62,672 nt of DNA from a virus (lineage: Duplodnaviria > Caudoviricetes), in the IMG/VR virus record IMGVR_UViG_3300028590_000016, positions 1 to 62,672 of that record; one strand, given 5' to 3'. The notes beneath the pieces are model-generated. The model worked only from the letters and a program-made list of their open reading frames with translations, did no database searches and was not told the DNA's origin. The translations under genes and the position numbers were made by a program. How positions within the stretch are numbered: position 1 is the stretch's first letter; each line of letters opens with the position of its first letter. Positions 55,298 to 62,267 of the stretch are shown here, piece after piece.

Positions 55298-55386
55298 GGA
55301 AGGTTAAGCGGGAAGGTTCCCGCACTGGTTTGCTAAACCAAGTGCTCCGGCAGCGGAGTGTGGATCAAGACCACAGCCTTCCTCCA
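55298..55386 (+). tRNA. tRNA-Ser(GCT), atypical T loop
   Basis: GGAAGGT/GCCTTCC acceptor, TTGCTAA loop, long variable arm, ATCAAGA T loop, TCCA. Confidence 0.8.
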
Positions 55387-55394
55387 AGTTGTAC

Positions 55395-55471
55395 GGAGGC
55401 GTAGCTTAGCGGTTTAAAGCATCGGCCTGTCGAGCCGACGACCATGGGTTCGAATCCCATCGTCTCCGCCA
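55395..55471 (+). tRNA. tRNA-Asp(GTC)
   Basis: TCGGC-CTGTCGA-GCCGA, TTCGAAT, GCCA. Confidence 0.92.
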
Positions 55472-55544
55472 GTTGTTGTTAGCCTGATGAGGCCGTGAGG
55501 CCGAAACATGCGCGCAAGGAAGCGCCATGTAGCTAGCTGGCGGC
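55472..55544 (+). ncRNA. Type I hammerhead ribozyme, predicted cut after A55531
   Basis: Stem I GTTAGC/GCTAGC; CTGATGA 55484-55490; stem II GGCC-GTGA-GGCC; GAAA 55503-55506; stem III CATG..CATG; GUA triplet. Confidence 0.9.
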
Positions 55545-55679
55545 AGCGAATGCCGGCGGGTCTACATCTCAAGCGTGAGGTCGCAGGTTCAAATCCTGCC
55601 GTGGGTGAAAGCCCACGTAGCTCAGTGGTTAGAGCGCATGAAACGACTCGCCAAACCCTTGTCGCTGCTGTCCAGCTAG
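55532..55679 (+). ncRNA. YrlA-like Y RNA (circularly permuted tRNA mimic)
   Basis: Long terminal stem with CGAATG opposite CTTGTC; T arm, then GAAA-capped acceptor stem, then D arm. Confidence 0.82.
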
Positions 55680-55682
55680 AAC

Positions 55683-55761
55683 ATGCCCGCATAGCTCAGT
55701 CTGGTAGAGCAGCGTATTTGTAATTCGTTTGCCGGTGGTTCGAATCCACCCGGGCGTGCCA
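55683..55761 (+). tRNA. Atypical tRNA-Thr(TGT)-like gene
   Basis: Canonical D and T arms and CCA; acceptor register shifted 2 nt; weak anticodon stem. Confidence 0.6.
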
Positions 55762-55762
55762 A

Positions 55763-55836
55763 GCGGGTATGGGATAGTGGCTGTTCCTTGGTCTTCCAAG
55801 CCAATGACGCGCGTTCGATTCGCGCTATCCGCTCCA
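55763..55836 (+). tRNA. tRNA-Gly(TCC)
   Basis: GCGGGTA/TATCCGC, TTGGT-CTTCCAA-GCCAA, TTCGATT, TCCA. Confidence 0.9.
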
Positions 55837-55854
55837 ATATTTGACTTACTGTGC

Positions 55855-55883
55855 TTGAAATCCCGAGAACCGGGGGCTAAACT
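55855..55883 (+). promoter_or_regulatory. Putative late promoter (pR'-like)
   Basis: TTGAAA-17-TAAACT upstream of a hairpin and the lysis genes. Confidence 0.6.
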
Positions 55884-55937
55884 GGTCAAAGTCGATAGCT
55901 GCGCCAGATTGATTTGCGAGTGAAATTCGACCATTGA

Positions 55938-55970
55938 GAGGCCCGCCAAGTGCGGGCTTCCGTCGTTTCT
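55938..55970 (+). terminator. tR'-like terminator
   Basis: GAGGCCCGC-CAAGT-GCGGGCTTC with weak T tail. Confidence 0.55.
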
Positions 55971-55986
55971 AGGCTTGGAGAAACCC

Positions 55987-56508
55987 ATGGTTCTGACGAA
56001 AGACGATCTGGCCGCAGTGAAGGCGGCGGCGCGCAAGGGTGCGCTTGAGGGCGCGGCGGAAGCGCTGAAGGCTCATTTCGGCGACAAGGCCGATACTGGC
56101 ACGGCGACGGACAACACCGCCCTGGCGCTGGACGAGTGGGGTTCGATCGCTCTGCCGCAGTATCCGGGTTGGCGTTTCTTCGCCCCGTTCCTGGTTGCAT
56201 CCGCGATGACGCGGCAGCAAGTCGGGAACATAATGGTGCAATGCGGCGTCGACCAGACCGGCGCGCTTGTGCCCGCTGGTCCGCAGCCTTTCGGTTGGTG
56301 GGACGGGCAGAAGATCCATTCGCTGTACTTGCCGCTTCAGCGCGATACCGGTGATGTGCCGATTTTCGGCGGCGTCAAATGGGAGGCAGCGGACGGTTTC
56401 GAGGACCAGGAGCCGAAGTACCTGTTTCTGCGGTTGCGCACGCGCTGCACGTCGATGGCCGACCTCGAATCCTCGCTCAAGGGCCACGTTCCCGGCTTCT
56501 CGGAATAG
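55987..56508 (+). CDS. Hypothetical protein, first late gene
   Basis: GGAG before ATG; strong GC3 bias. Confidence 0.7.
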   Translation: MVLTKDDLAAVKAAARKGALEGAAEALKAHFGDKADTGTATDNTALALDEWGSIALPQYPGWRFFAPFLVASAMTRQQVGNIMVQCGVDQTGALVPAGPQPFGWWDGQKIHSLYLPLQRDTGDVPIFGGVKWEAADGFEDQEPKYLFLRLRTRCTSMADLESSLKGHVPGFSE

Positions 56509-56510
56509 CC

Positions 56511-56705
56511 ATGGGCGAGCACAGCCCCGCTTTCGTGGCATTTTTTGCTGCTGGCATCGCCGGGTTCATGCATGCCACGGTTGAGTCGTATCCGGGCTGG
56601 TATGTTTGGGTTGGTGTCGTTGCGGTTGGCGCCGCTCTGCTGTACTGGATCGGCAGCGTCATCGCTCGCGCCATGGCAGGAAATGCCCGTCGGTCGCCGC
56701 GCTGA
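56511..56705 (+). CDS. Small 2-TM membrane protein
   Basis: Two hydrophobic helices; coupled to endolysin. Confidence 0.55.
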   Translation: MGEHSPAFVAFFAAGIAGFMHATVESYPGWYVWVGVVAVGAALLYWIGSVIARAMAGNARRSPR

Positions 56706-57334
56706 TGGACGCCAAGCTTTTGGCCGCCGCCTGTGGGCTTGAGATGCGCCTTGCCGAGTTATGGGCGCCGCATATCACGGCTGCGATGACAAATTGGGGC
56801 ATCGACTCGCCGGCACGGCGCGCGATGTTTCTAGCGCAGTGCGCGCATGAATCAGACGGCTTCGAAGAACTCGAAGAAAACCTCAACTATTCCGCCGAAG
56901 GATTGGCGCGGACATGGCCGAACCGGTATGCCGAAGGCGGGGAGCCGAATGCGCTAGCATTGCGAATCGCTCGTAAGCCTGAGCTGATTGCGAACTACAC
57001 ATACGCGAACCGTATGGGGAACGGCCCCCCTGAGTCTGGTGACGGTTGGAAATACCGGGGTCGTAGCCTGATCGGCATCACCGGACGCGATATGTACCGC
57101 CGCGCTGGTTCTGCGGTTGGCCTCGATCTGATCAAATCTCCCGAACTCGCAACCGTTCCATCGAACGCCGCGCAGATCGCAGGCTGGCTATGGTCGATCG
57201 AGAAGGGCTGCAATGTTTTCGCTGATCGTGGAGATATTGAGGGGAGTACTCGCGCCATTAATGGTGGGCTGATCGGGCTGCCTGATCGTATGAAGCGGTG
57301 GCATGTCGCCAAGCGCGTGCTGGGAGTGAACTAG
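56705..57334 (+). CDS. Endolysin, glycoside hydrolase family 19
   Basis: AMFLAQCAHES, EENLNYS, GDGWKYRGR.LI.ITGR, TRAINGG.IGL.DR. Confidence 0.93.
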   Translation: MDAKLLAAACGLEMRLAELWAPHITAAMTNWGIDSPARRAMFLAQCAHESDGFEELEENLNYSAEGLARTWPNRYAEGGEPNALALRIARKPELIANYTYANRMGNGPPESGDGWKYRGRSLIGITGRDMYRRAGSAVGLDLIKSPELATVPSNAAQIAGWLWSIEKGCNVFADRGDIEGSTRAINGGLIGLPDRMKRWHVAKRVLGVN

Positions 57335-57678
57335 TGACGCTGGAAGGGATGGCGCCAATCATTGCACTGATCGCAATGCTGATACTGCACTTCGCGCGCG
57401 GGCCGAATAAGCAGTACGAAGATCTGCGGGCGGATATGGTTGCGTCAGAGGCTTTGCTGCGCTCGGAAATCACCAAACTTACGGAAGAAAACAAAGGGTT
57501 GCAGCGCGACTTGAACGCGTTGGACCGAAAGCTTGCCGGTGAATATATGGGCAAGCCGGAACTGAAAGAACTGATCCGGGACATGCGCGATGAAGTCGGA
57601 CACATCCGCAAAGCCGTAAACGAGATGATCGCCGTTGTGGCGAAACTCAACAATGGAGAGCGCGGTGTCCGAGCCTGA
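57334..57678 (+). CDS. N-terminal TM plus coiled-coil protein (lysis region)
   Basis: Hydrophobic N-terminus; coupled. Confidence 0.6.
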   Translation: MTLEGMAPIIALIAMLILHFARGPNKQYEDLRADMVASEALLRSEITKLTEENKGLQRDLNALDRKLAGEYMGKPELKELIRDMRDEVGHIRKAVNEMIAVVAKLNNGERGVRA

Positions 57679-58006
57679 AGCAATTGACCTCTTGTCCTTA
57701 CAGCAGATCACAACTGACCTCGCGACATCGGCGCGGGAGTTGAACGATGCTGCCCGAAACATCGCTGAGGCGACGCGGACGCAGAGCAACACGTCGACGA
57801 TCACGGTCAATGCTGGCGGGCTATCGGCTGGCTTGGCTTTGTCCGGCGTTGGAACGTGCCTTATGGTCATCTTGCTGTTGGGTATGTGGTTGATCTGGTC
57901 GGAATCCGGCCGGCGATCCGAACAAAACGCATGGGTCAACGTCTGGCAATCCAAGATGGCCGCCTACGACGCAAAAATCGCTGAACTGAAAGAGAAGGAA
58001 AAGTAG
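57665..58006 (+). CDS. Membrane protein
   Basis: TITVNAGG followed by TM helix. Confidence 0.6.
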   Translation: MSEPEAIDLLSLQQITTDLATSARELNDAARNIAEATRTQSNTSTITVNAGGLSAGLALSGVGTCLMVILLLGMWLIWSESGRRSEQNAWVNVWQSKMAAYDAKIAELKEKEK

Positions 58007-58008
58007 CC

Positions 58009-58266
58009 ATGTCTGGTGCACCCATTGTGATTGTTGCTGGAACTGGTGGTGGCGGTACGCGCATCAACAAGGTCAACGGCGCCGATGTGCCCGGTGACAC
58101 GCTCGGCCCCTACACCAGCGCAATCGGTTTCGACGTCGACAACACGAACGGCGACGTCGAGGCGCAGACGACACACATCGCCGACAACATCGAGGAAATC
58201 TCGTCTGTGCAGGTCGGCCATACTGCCCACTACGGTCCAGGCCAGATCACGGTCACTATGTCGTGA
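58009..58266 (+). CDS. Small acidic hypothetical protein
   Basis: AAGGA upstream; coupled. Confidence 0.6.
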   Translation: MSGAPIVIVAGTGGGGTRINKVNGADVPGDTLGPYTSAIGFDVDNTNGDVEAQTTHIADNIEEISSVQVGHTAHYGPGQITVTMS

Positions 58267-58622
58267 TCCAACTGATTCGCGACTCGTGGGATGCAGTTCT
58301 CTACGTCTGCACCACGAGTCCGGCAGCGCTGTGGCCGCTGCTCCTGGCGTTGGCGGGATCAATCGTATTCACGCAGGCCGTGAAGCAGTGGATTCCTGAG
58401 CGTTGGACGTATCGGCAGCGTCGCTTCACTGCGCAGTTCGTAGCGTTCCTGAGCGCCGTCCTAATCGTTCTGTTCACGATGCCGACGCGGTTGGTGATCA
58501 TCGCAGGGGCAATCATCGGCGTCGCATCGCCCGTGATCTATTTCGTTGCTGTCCGGCTCATTGGGATGAAATGGCCGTTTGTGCGCGAATGGCTTTCGCA
58601 GGATGCTGTATCGGAGCGTTGA
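58263..58622 (+). CDS. Putative holin (3 TM)
   Basis: Three hydrophobic helices; TQAVK motif; precedes spanins. Confidence 0.6.
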   Translation: MIQLIRDSWDAVLYVCTTSPAALWPLLLALAGSIVFTQAVKQWIPERWTYRQRRFTAQFVAFLSAVLIVLFTMPTRLVIIAGAIIGVASPVIYFVAVRLIGMKWPFVREWLSQDAVSER

Positions 58623-58624
58623 GC

Positions 58625-59137
58625 ATGCGGCTGACGGCAGCGTGGGCGTTGCTGAAAGGTTTCTTCGGCGGGCTGATCCCGAAAGCTATGGCGGTGGCCG
58701 CAAAGGTGCCGTGGCAGGCATGGGCCGCAATCGCTGGCCTCGGTATCGCGTGGTGGCTTCATGCCGGCGCAATCGAGCGTGCCAGAGCTGAGGTCCATGC
58801 CGAATACGCGGAGCGGGACCGAAAGGCCGCTGAATCCGCGATGGTCGAATGGGTGAAGCTGGCAAAGGAAGCTGCGGCATCGGCGCAGGTAGTTGCGAAC
58901 GCAGTCGGTCTTGCAAGGACGCTCGTTGCGACAACGAAAGAGCGGACGGTGGTCCGCATCAAAGAGGTGATACATGCGGTTGAACAGAACCCTGATCTTG
59001 CTGCTGTGCGCCAGCCTGATGACGTCGTGCGCATCCACGCCGAAGCGGTCGCCGAGTCCGCCGTTGCCGCCGATCGCGCTCGGCGAAGTTTCGATCGAGG
59101 ACTTGAAGCCGTGCGACAAACTCGCGCCGGACGGTAA
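58625..59137 (+). CDS. i-spanin (Rz-like)
   Basis: TM followed by helical domain; overlapped by lipoprotein gene. Confidence 0.7.
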   Translation: MRLTAAWALLKGFFGGLIPKAMAVAAKVPWQAWAAIAGLGIAWWLHAGAIERARAEVHAEYAERDRKAAESAMVEWVKLAKEAAASAQVVANAVGLARTLVATTKERTVVRIKEVIHAVEQNPDLAAVRQPDDVVRIHAEAVAESAVAADRARRSFDRGLEAVRQTRAGR

Positions 59138-59276
59138 CGATCAAGCTGGTGGCGCATACGTCGCCAGAGCGCAGAACGATGGCGTCTATGTGGCCTGCCA
59201 GGATCGCCATACAGGGCTGGCAAGCATCGTGTGGGAAGCAATCGCGCGCGGGCTTCTGAAGCTGCGCGAGAAGTAG
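58974..59276 (+). CDS. o-spanin (Rz1-like lipoprotein)
   Basis: Lipobox LMTSC, Pro-rich linker, C...H..L. Confidence 0.75.
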   Translation: MRLNRTLILLLCASLMTSCASTPKRSPSPPLPPIALGEVSIEDLKPCDKLAPDGNDQAGGAYVARAQNDGVYVACQDRHTGLASIVWEAIARGLLKLREK

Positions 59277-59298
59277 TTCAACGAACTGAGGGCAGGCG

Positions 59299-59655
59299 AT
59301 GAGCGACAACGAAGTTGAGGCGATGATTCAAGCGAAGGGCTTGAATGCGCCGCGAGTAACGCCGGCTGATATCGAGGTCGAAATCACGTCGGAGTTCTAT
59401 TTCACGGCAAGTGACGGCGTATTCGGCGCCAGTGGTCATCGGCCGAACAGTTTCCGCGCAGGAACCGCACTCGGTCTTCTGACGTTCTGCGTGGTCGTGC
59501 TCAAGAACGGCTTCACGGTGACAGGTGAATCAGCCTGCGCCAGCCCGGAAAACTTCGATGCCGAACTCGGCCGCAAGATCGCACGACAGAACGCAGTGGC
59601 AAAGTGCTGGCCCTTGTTCGGGTTTCGATTGAGGGACAAACTAGCCGCGCAGTAA
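59299..59655 (+). CDS. Gp49/66-family phage protein
   Basis: APRVTP, LTFCV.VL.NGFTVTGESACASPENFD.ELG.KIA. Confidence 0.9.
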   Translation: MSDNEVEAMIQAKGLNAPRVTPADIEVEITSEFYFTASDGVFGASGHRPNSFRAGTALGLLTFCVVVLKNGFTVTGESACASPENFDAELGRKIARQNAVAKCWPLFGFRLRDKLAAQ

Positions 59656-59694
59656 TCGCACGAGAGTGCAGAACACAGACAGAGAGGCAGTGAG

Positions 59695-59979
59695 ATGTTC
59701 ATAAAGGTAGTCCCCCGCAATTCGGGGCTCGGCGAGCACATGTTTGAGTGTGCTCACTTTAACGTGCGACCGTGGCCCATCGATCGGTTCGACGAATACA
59801 CGGAAGGTTCGTTGCTTAGGCTCGAAAACGACATCGGAGAACAGTCCGGCATCGTGCCGCGCTATGTCGAAATTCAGATCCACGAAAAGAGCCATCGCGA
59901 CTTCATGCGGGTGGTCACGTCAGCGCCGGTCTACGCCATGAATGGGGCCGGGCAGACGGTCGACCGATGGAATCAGTAA
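59695..59979 (+). CDS. Hypothetical protein
   Basis: VYAMN..G.TVD. Confidence 0.65.
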   Translation: MFIKVVPRNSGLGEHMFECAHFNVRPWPIDRFDEYTEGSLLRLENDIGEQSGIVPRYVEIQIHEKSHRDFMRVVTSAPVYAMNGAGQTVDRWNQ

Positions 59980-60209
59980 TGGACGAGATGAAAATCTGCG
60001 GTTGCATTGGCCCGCAGAACGGCGAACCGAAATGCCCATGCGCGATGCGCGGCGTCTTCCAGCGTGATGGCCGCTGGATTCAGGCAGAGGTTGACCTTGG
60101 CCCCGTTTCGCCTGGGCGCGACAGTCGGCAACAAATCCCGAGCCGCTTCCCAGGCTTTGACGAAAGTCTGCAGCAGTACTGGAAGAAGGGAGCCAAGGCC
60201 AGTGGCTAA
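59979..60209 (+). CDS. Hypothetical protein
   Basis: CGCIGPQNGEP.CPCAM. Confidence 0.65.
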   Translation: MDEMKICGCIGPQNGEPKCPCAMRGVFQRDGRWIQAEVDLGPVSPGRDSRQQIPSRFPGFDESLQQYWKKGAKASG

Positions 60210-60447
60210 GTTCCATCTTCCAGCAGCAACGCATGAAGGCTGGTACGGTATCTGCCCCGGGTACGCATCAGGGGTCGACACTGAGGCGCCGTGCGTTTGG
60301 GCGCGTTGGTGGTTCCTCGACCCATTGTTCTGGGTAGCGGACAAACTGGAAGCGGTACGGGTCTGGTGGGAAACCATGTTGGACCCGACGATGGAGCCGA
60401 TGTTTCGGTTCAGGCTTAAGCCAATAGCGAAGGAAACGGAAGGCTGA
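60202..60447 (+). CDS. Hypothetical protein
   Basis: THEGWYGICP.Y. Confidence 0.6.
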   Translation: MAKFHLPAATHEGWYGICPGYASGVDTEAPCVWARWWFLDPLFWVADKLEAVRVWWETMLDPTMEPMFRFRLKPIAKETEG

Positions 60448-60448
60448 A

Positions 60449-60559
60449 ATGGGCGGCGCATTGCCGATGTGGGCTATCGCGCTGGTATGCGCTGGGATTG
60501 GCGGCATCCTCGCTGCAGTCATCATCTGGCATGCGGTGCGTAAGACCAAGAAACGCTAG
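60449..60559 (+). CDS. Small membrane peptide
   Basis: 36 aa; TM plus basic tail. Confidence 0.45.
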   Translation: MGGALPMWAIALVCAGIGGILAAVIIWHAVRKTKKR

Positions 60560-60777
60560 GATGCATTGTTGGTTAGTCGTACAGGTACATCAGCCCGGCG
60601 ACGACGAACGCGAGAAACCACGCCATTTCGGCATTGTGATAATGCCGGCAACCATAGCGCGGTTAGGAGACCGGCGGCGCTGATCGCAACCGTGGCGAGC
60701 ATCACGGCTAGTGGTGGCTTCTGGCGCGCCTCATGCAGGGCAGCAATGGCGAGGCGCGTAAGTTGCTGAAGACTCAT
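60556..60777 (-). CDS. Small membrane protein
   Basis: Coupled (ATGA) to 60774-60917. Confidence 0.5.
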   Translation of the reverse strand: MSLQQLTRLAIAALHEARQKPPLAVMLATVAISAAGLLTALWLPALSQCRNGVVSRVRRRRADVPVRLTNNAS

Positions 60778-60917
60778 TGCTGGGAGCGCCACGTCTGGTA
60801 GTCGTTAATCGATTCGAAGACCATGTAGCCGCCATCGACCTTGACGATCTTTGTGGACCACGGGCATTCTGCTTCGGCGGTGCGTCGGCTGCTGGTTTGG
60901 GCGAATTGGGTACGCAT
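60774..60917 (-). CDS. Small conserved phage protein
   Basis: 47 aa; CPWSTKIVKVDGGYMVFES..DY.TW. Confidence 0.6.
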   Translation of the reverse strand: MRTQFAQTSSRRTAEAECPWSTKIVKVDGGYMVFESINDYQTWRSQQ

Positions 60918-60944
60918 GGCAGGACTCACTCTGTTGGCGGTACG

Positions 60945-61223
60945 TTACATGCCGAGCGTGGCGCGCAGTTCGGCGATGCGGCGCTGCATGATTTCGCGGC
61001 CGAACGCATCGCACTTTTCAAGGCGCACTTCGTCGGCGGCCAGCGTGGCGATCCACTCGGCGCGCGTCTTGACGTGGCCCTTGAACGCAACCTTGGCTTC
61101 GGTGGTCTGGCGAACGAGAGGGGCCGAAGCGCGAGCAACCTTGGTTTCACCGCGATACGGGTTGTAGCCCTCGCCGCCTTCGTTGTAGAGGCTGTCGAAG
61201 TTCTGTTCGCGGGTGGTGGTCAT
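60945..61223 (-). CDS. Hypothetical protein with NEGGEGYNPY motif
   Basis: First ORF after promoter 61255-61283. Confidence 0.65.
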   Translation of the reverse strand: MTTTREQNFDSLYNEGGEGYNPYRGETKVARASAPLVRQTTEAKVAFKGHVKTRAEWIATLAADEVRLEKCDAFGREIMQRRIAELRATLGM

Positions 61224-61253
61224 TTCGATCTGCCTAGTTCGTTGCCGTTGAGT

Positions 61254-61283
61254 AATAGTAGGCGGTCCTACTATTGGTGTCAA
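61254..61283 (-). promoter_or_regulatory. Sigma70-like promoter with perfect operator palindrome
   Basis: TTGACA-17-TACTAT; AATAGTAGG-CGGT-CCTACTATT at 61254-61275. Confidence 0.85.
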
Positions 61284-61347
61284 CAACTATTTGAGGTTTT
61301 CGCAAACTATTTCGCCGGCTTATGCCAAGCGGCTACCGAGGTGATCA

Positions 61348-61680
61348 GTGGTACAGCGTAGATATCAGGAATGCTGGACATGTAAGCGGCAGACGTTCGA
61401 CAAGCGGACGAACCGGTGCAGTAGTTGCGAGGCTGATGCGGTTGGTGGTGAGCGCAGCACACGGTATATCGATGTGACAGCTCTTGACTCGGCTTCGGCA
61501 GGACAATCCTTGCTGTCGGACCAGCAGGAGGATGTAGCGGCAGAACCCAAGATGCTGGTCACGAACCTGCCATTGGGCCAGTTGATCGCGGTGTTGGCTC
61601 TCGGGAGTTTCATCGGGGGTGGTTCTAGTCTGGTGCTCACGCTCGCGGTATTGTCCTTCATCGGCCGGATGACGCAGTGA
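61348..61680 (+). CDS. Zn-ribbon plus TM protein
   Basis: CWTC..CSSC; C-terminal TM. Confidence 0.55.
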   Translation: MVQRRYQECWTCKRQTFDKRTNRCSSCEADAVGGERSTRYIDVTALDSASAGQSLLSDQQEDVAAEPKMLVTNLPLGQLIAVLALGSFIGGGSSLVLTLAVLSFIGRMTQ

Positions 61681-62030
61681 TGCAAGCCCTTGAAGAACTG
61701 GCTACTGCATGGGAAGCCAAGGCCAAACATTGGAAGCGGGTGGCTGCCCAGCAGCGTGGTTCCAGGTGCCACGACGACAAGGCCCGGTTGATCATGAAGT
61801 CTGAGCTGGCAGCAGGCCACGCCAGGGAACTGCGTGTAGCCATGGGCTTGGTGCAGGCCGCTGAGGCTGAGAGTCAGAGGGCGAGCGCTGCACTGGTTGC
61901 CGCCGTTGACGCTGATGCAAAGCGGCGTGCGCCCCGCTCAGCGCGCTACAAGGCTGCGGCCATGGATAGCGAAGGCGTGCAGGCAGAGAGCGACGTAGCT
62001 CCGGCCGCTCAGTCTGACGCCAGCACATAA
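61677..62030 (+). CDS. Hypothetical protein
   Basis: Coupled ORF. Confidence 0.6.
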   Translation: MMQALEELATAWEAKAKHWKRVAAQQRGSRCHDDKARLIMKSELAAGHARELRVAMGLVQAAEAESQRASAALVAAVDADAKRRAPRSARYKAAAMDSEGVQAESDVAPAAQSDAST

Positions 62031-62041
62031 GGCTCGGAGCC

Positions 62042-62266
62042 ATGAGCGAACCCGACAAGATTGACACCCTGACTGCGAACATCGACCGTCTCATCGTGGC
62101 CTTGGCCGAGTACGCAGCAACGAATGCCATGCTGGCAGAGTCCAACCTGCAGCTCGCGGCTGGCGTCAATCAGTTGGCCGACGCAATCGCAGCTCCCGTC
62201 GAGGATGTCGATACCGATCAAGCCGGCGACGGTATCGAGCGCGACTTCAACGGGAATCCGGTCTGA
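62042..62266 (+). CDS. Hypothetical protein
   Basis: GGAG before ATG; ends DFNGNPV. Confidence 0.65.
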   Translation: MSEPDKIDTLTANIDRLIVALAEYAATNAMLAESNLQLAAGVNQLADAIAAPVEDVDTDQAGDGIERDFNGNPV

Positions 62267-62267
62267 C

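Noticed and set aside
55570-55640. Ordinary or split tRNA gene
   Set aside because: The halves are in reverse order, the acceptor stem is capped by GAAA, and there is no anticodon loop or CCA; it fits a Y RNA
55414-56036. ORFs overlapping the tRNA cluster
   Set aside because: Translations such as GFEPAT and GWIRT are typical read-through of tRNA sequence
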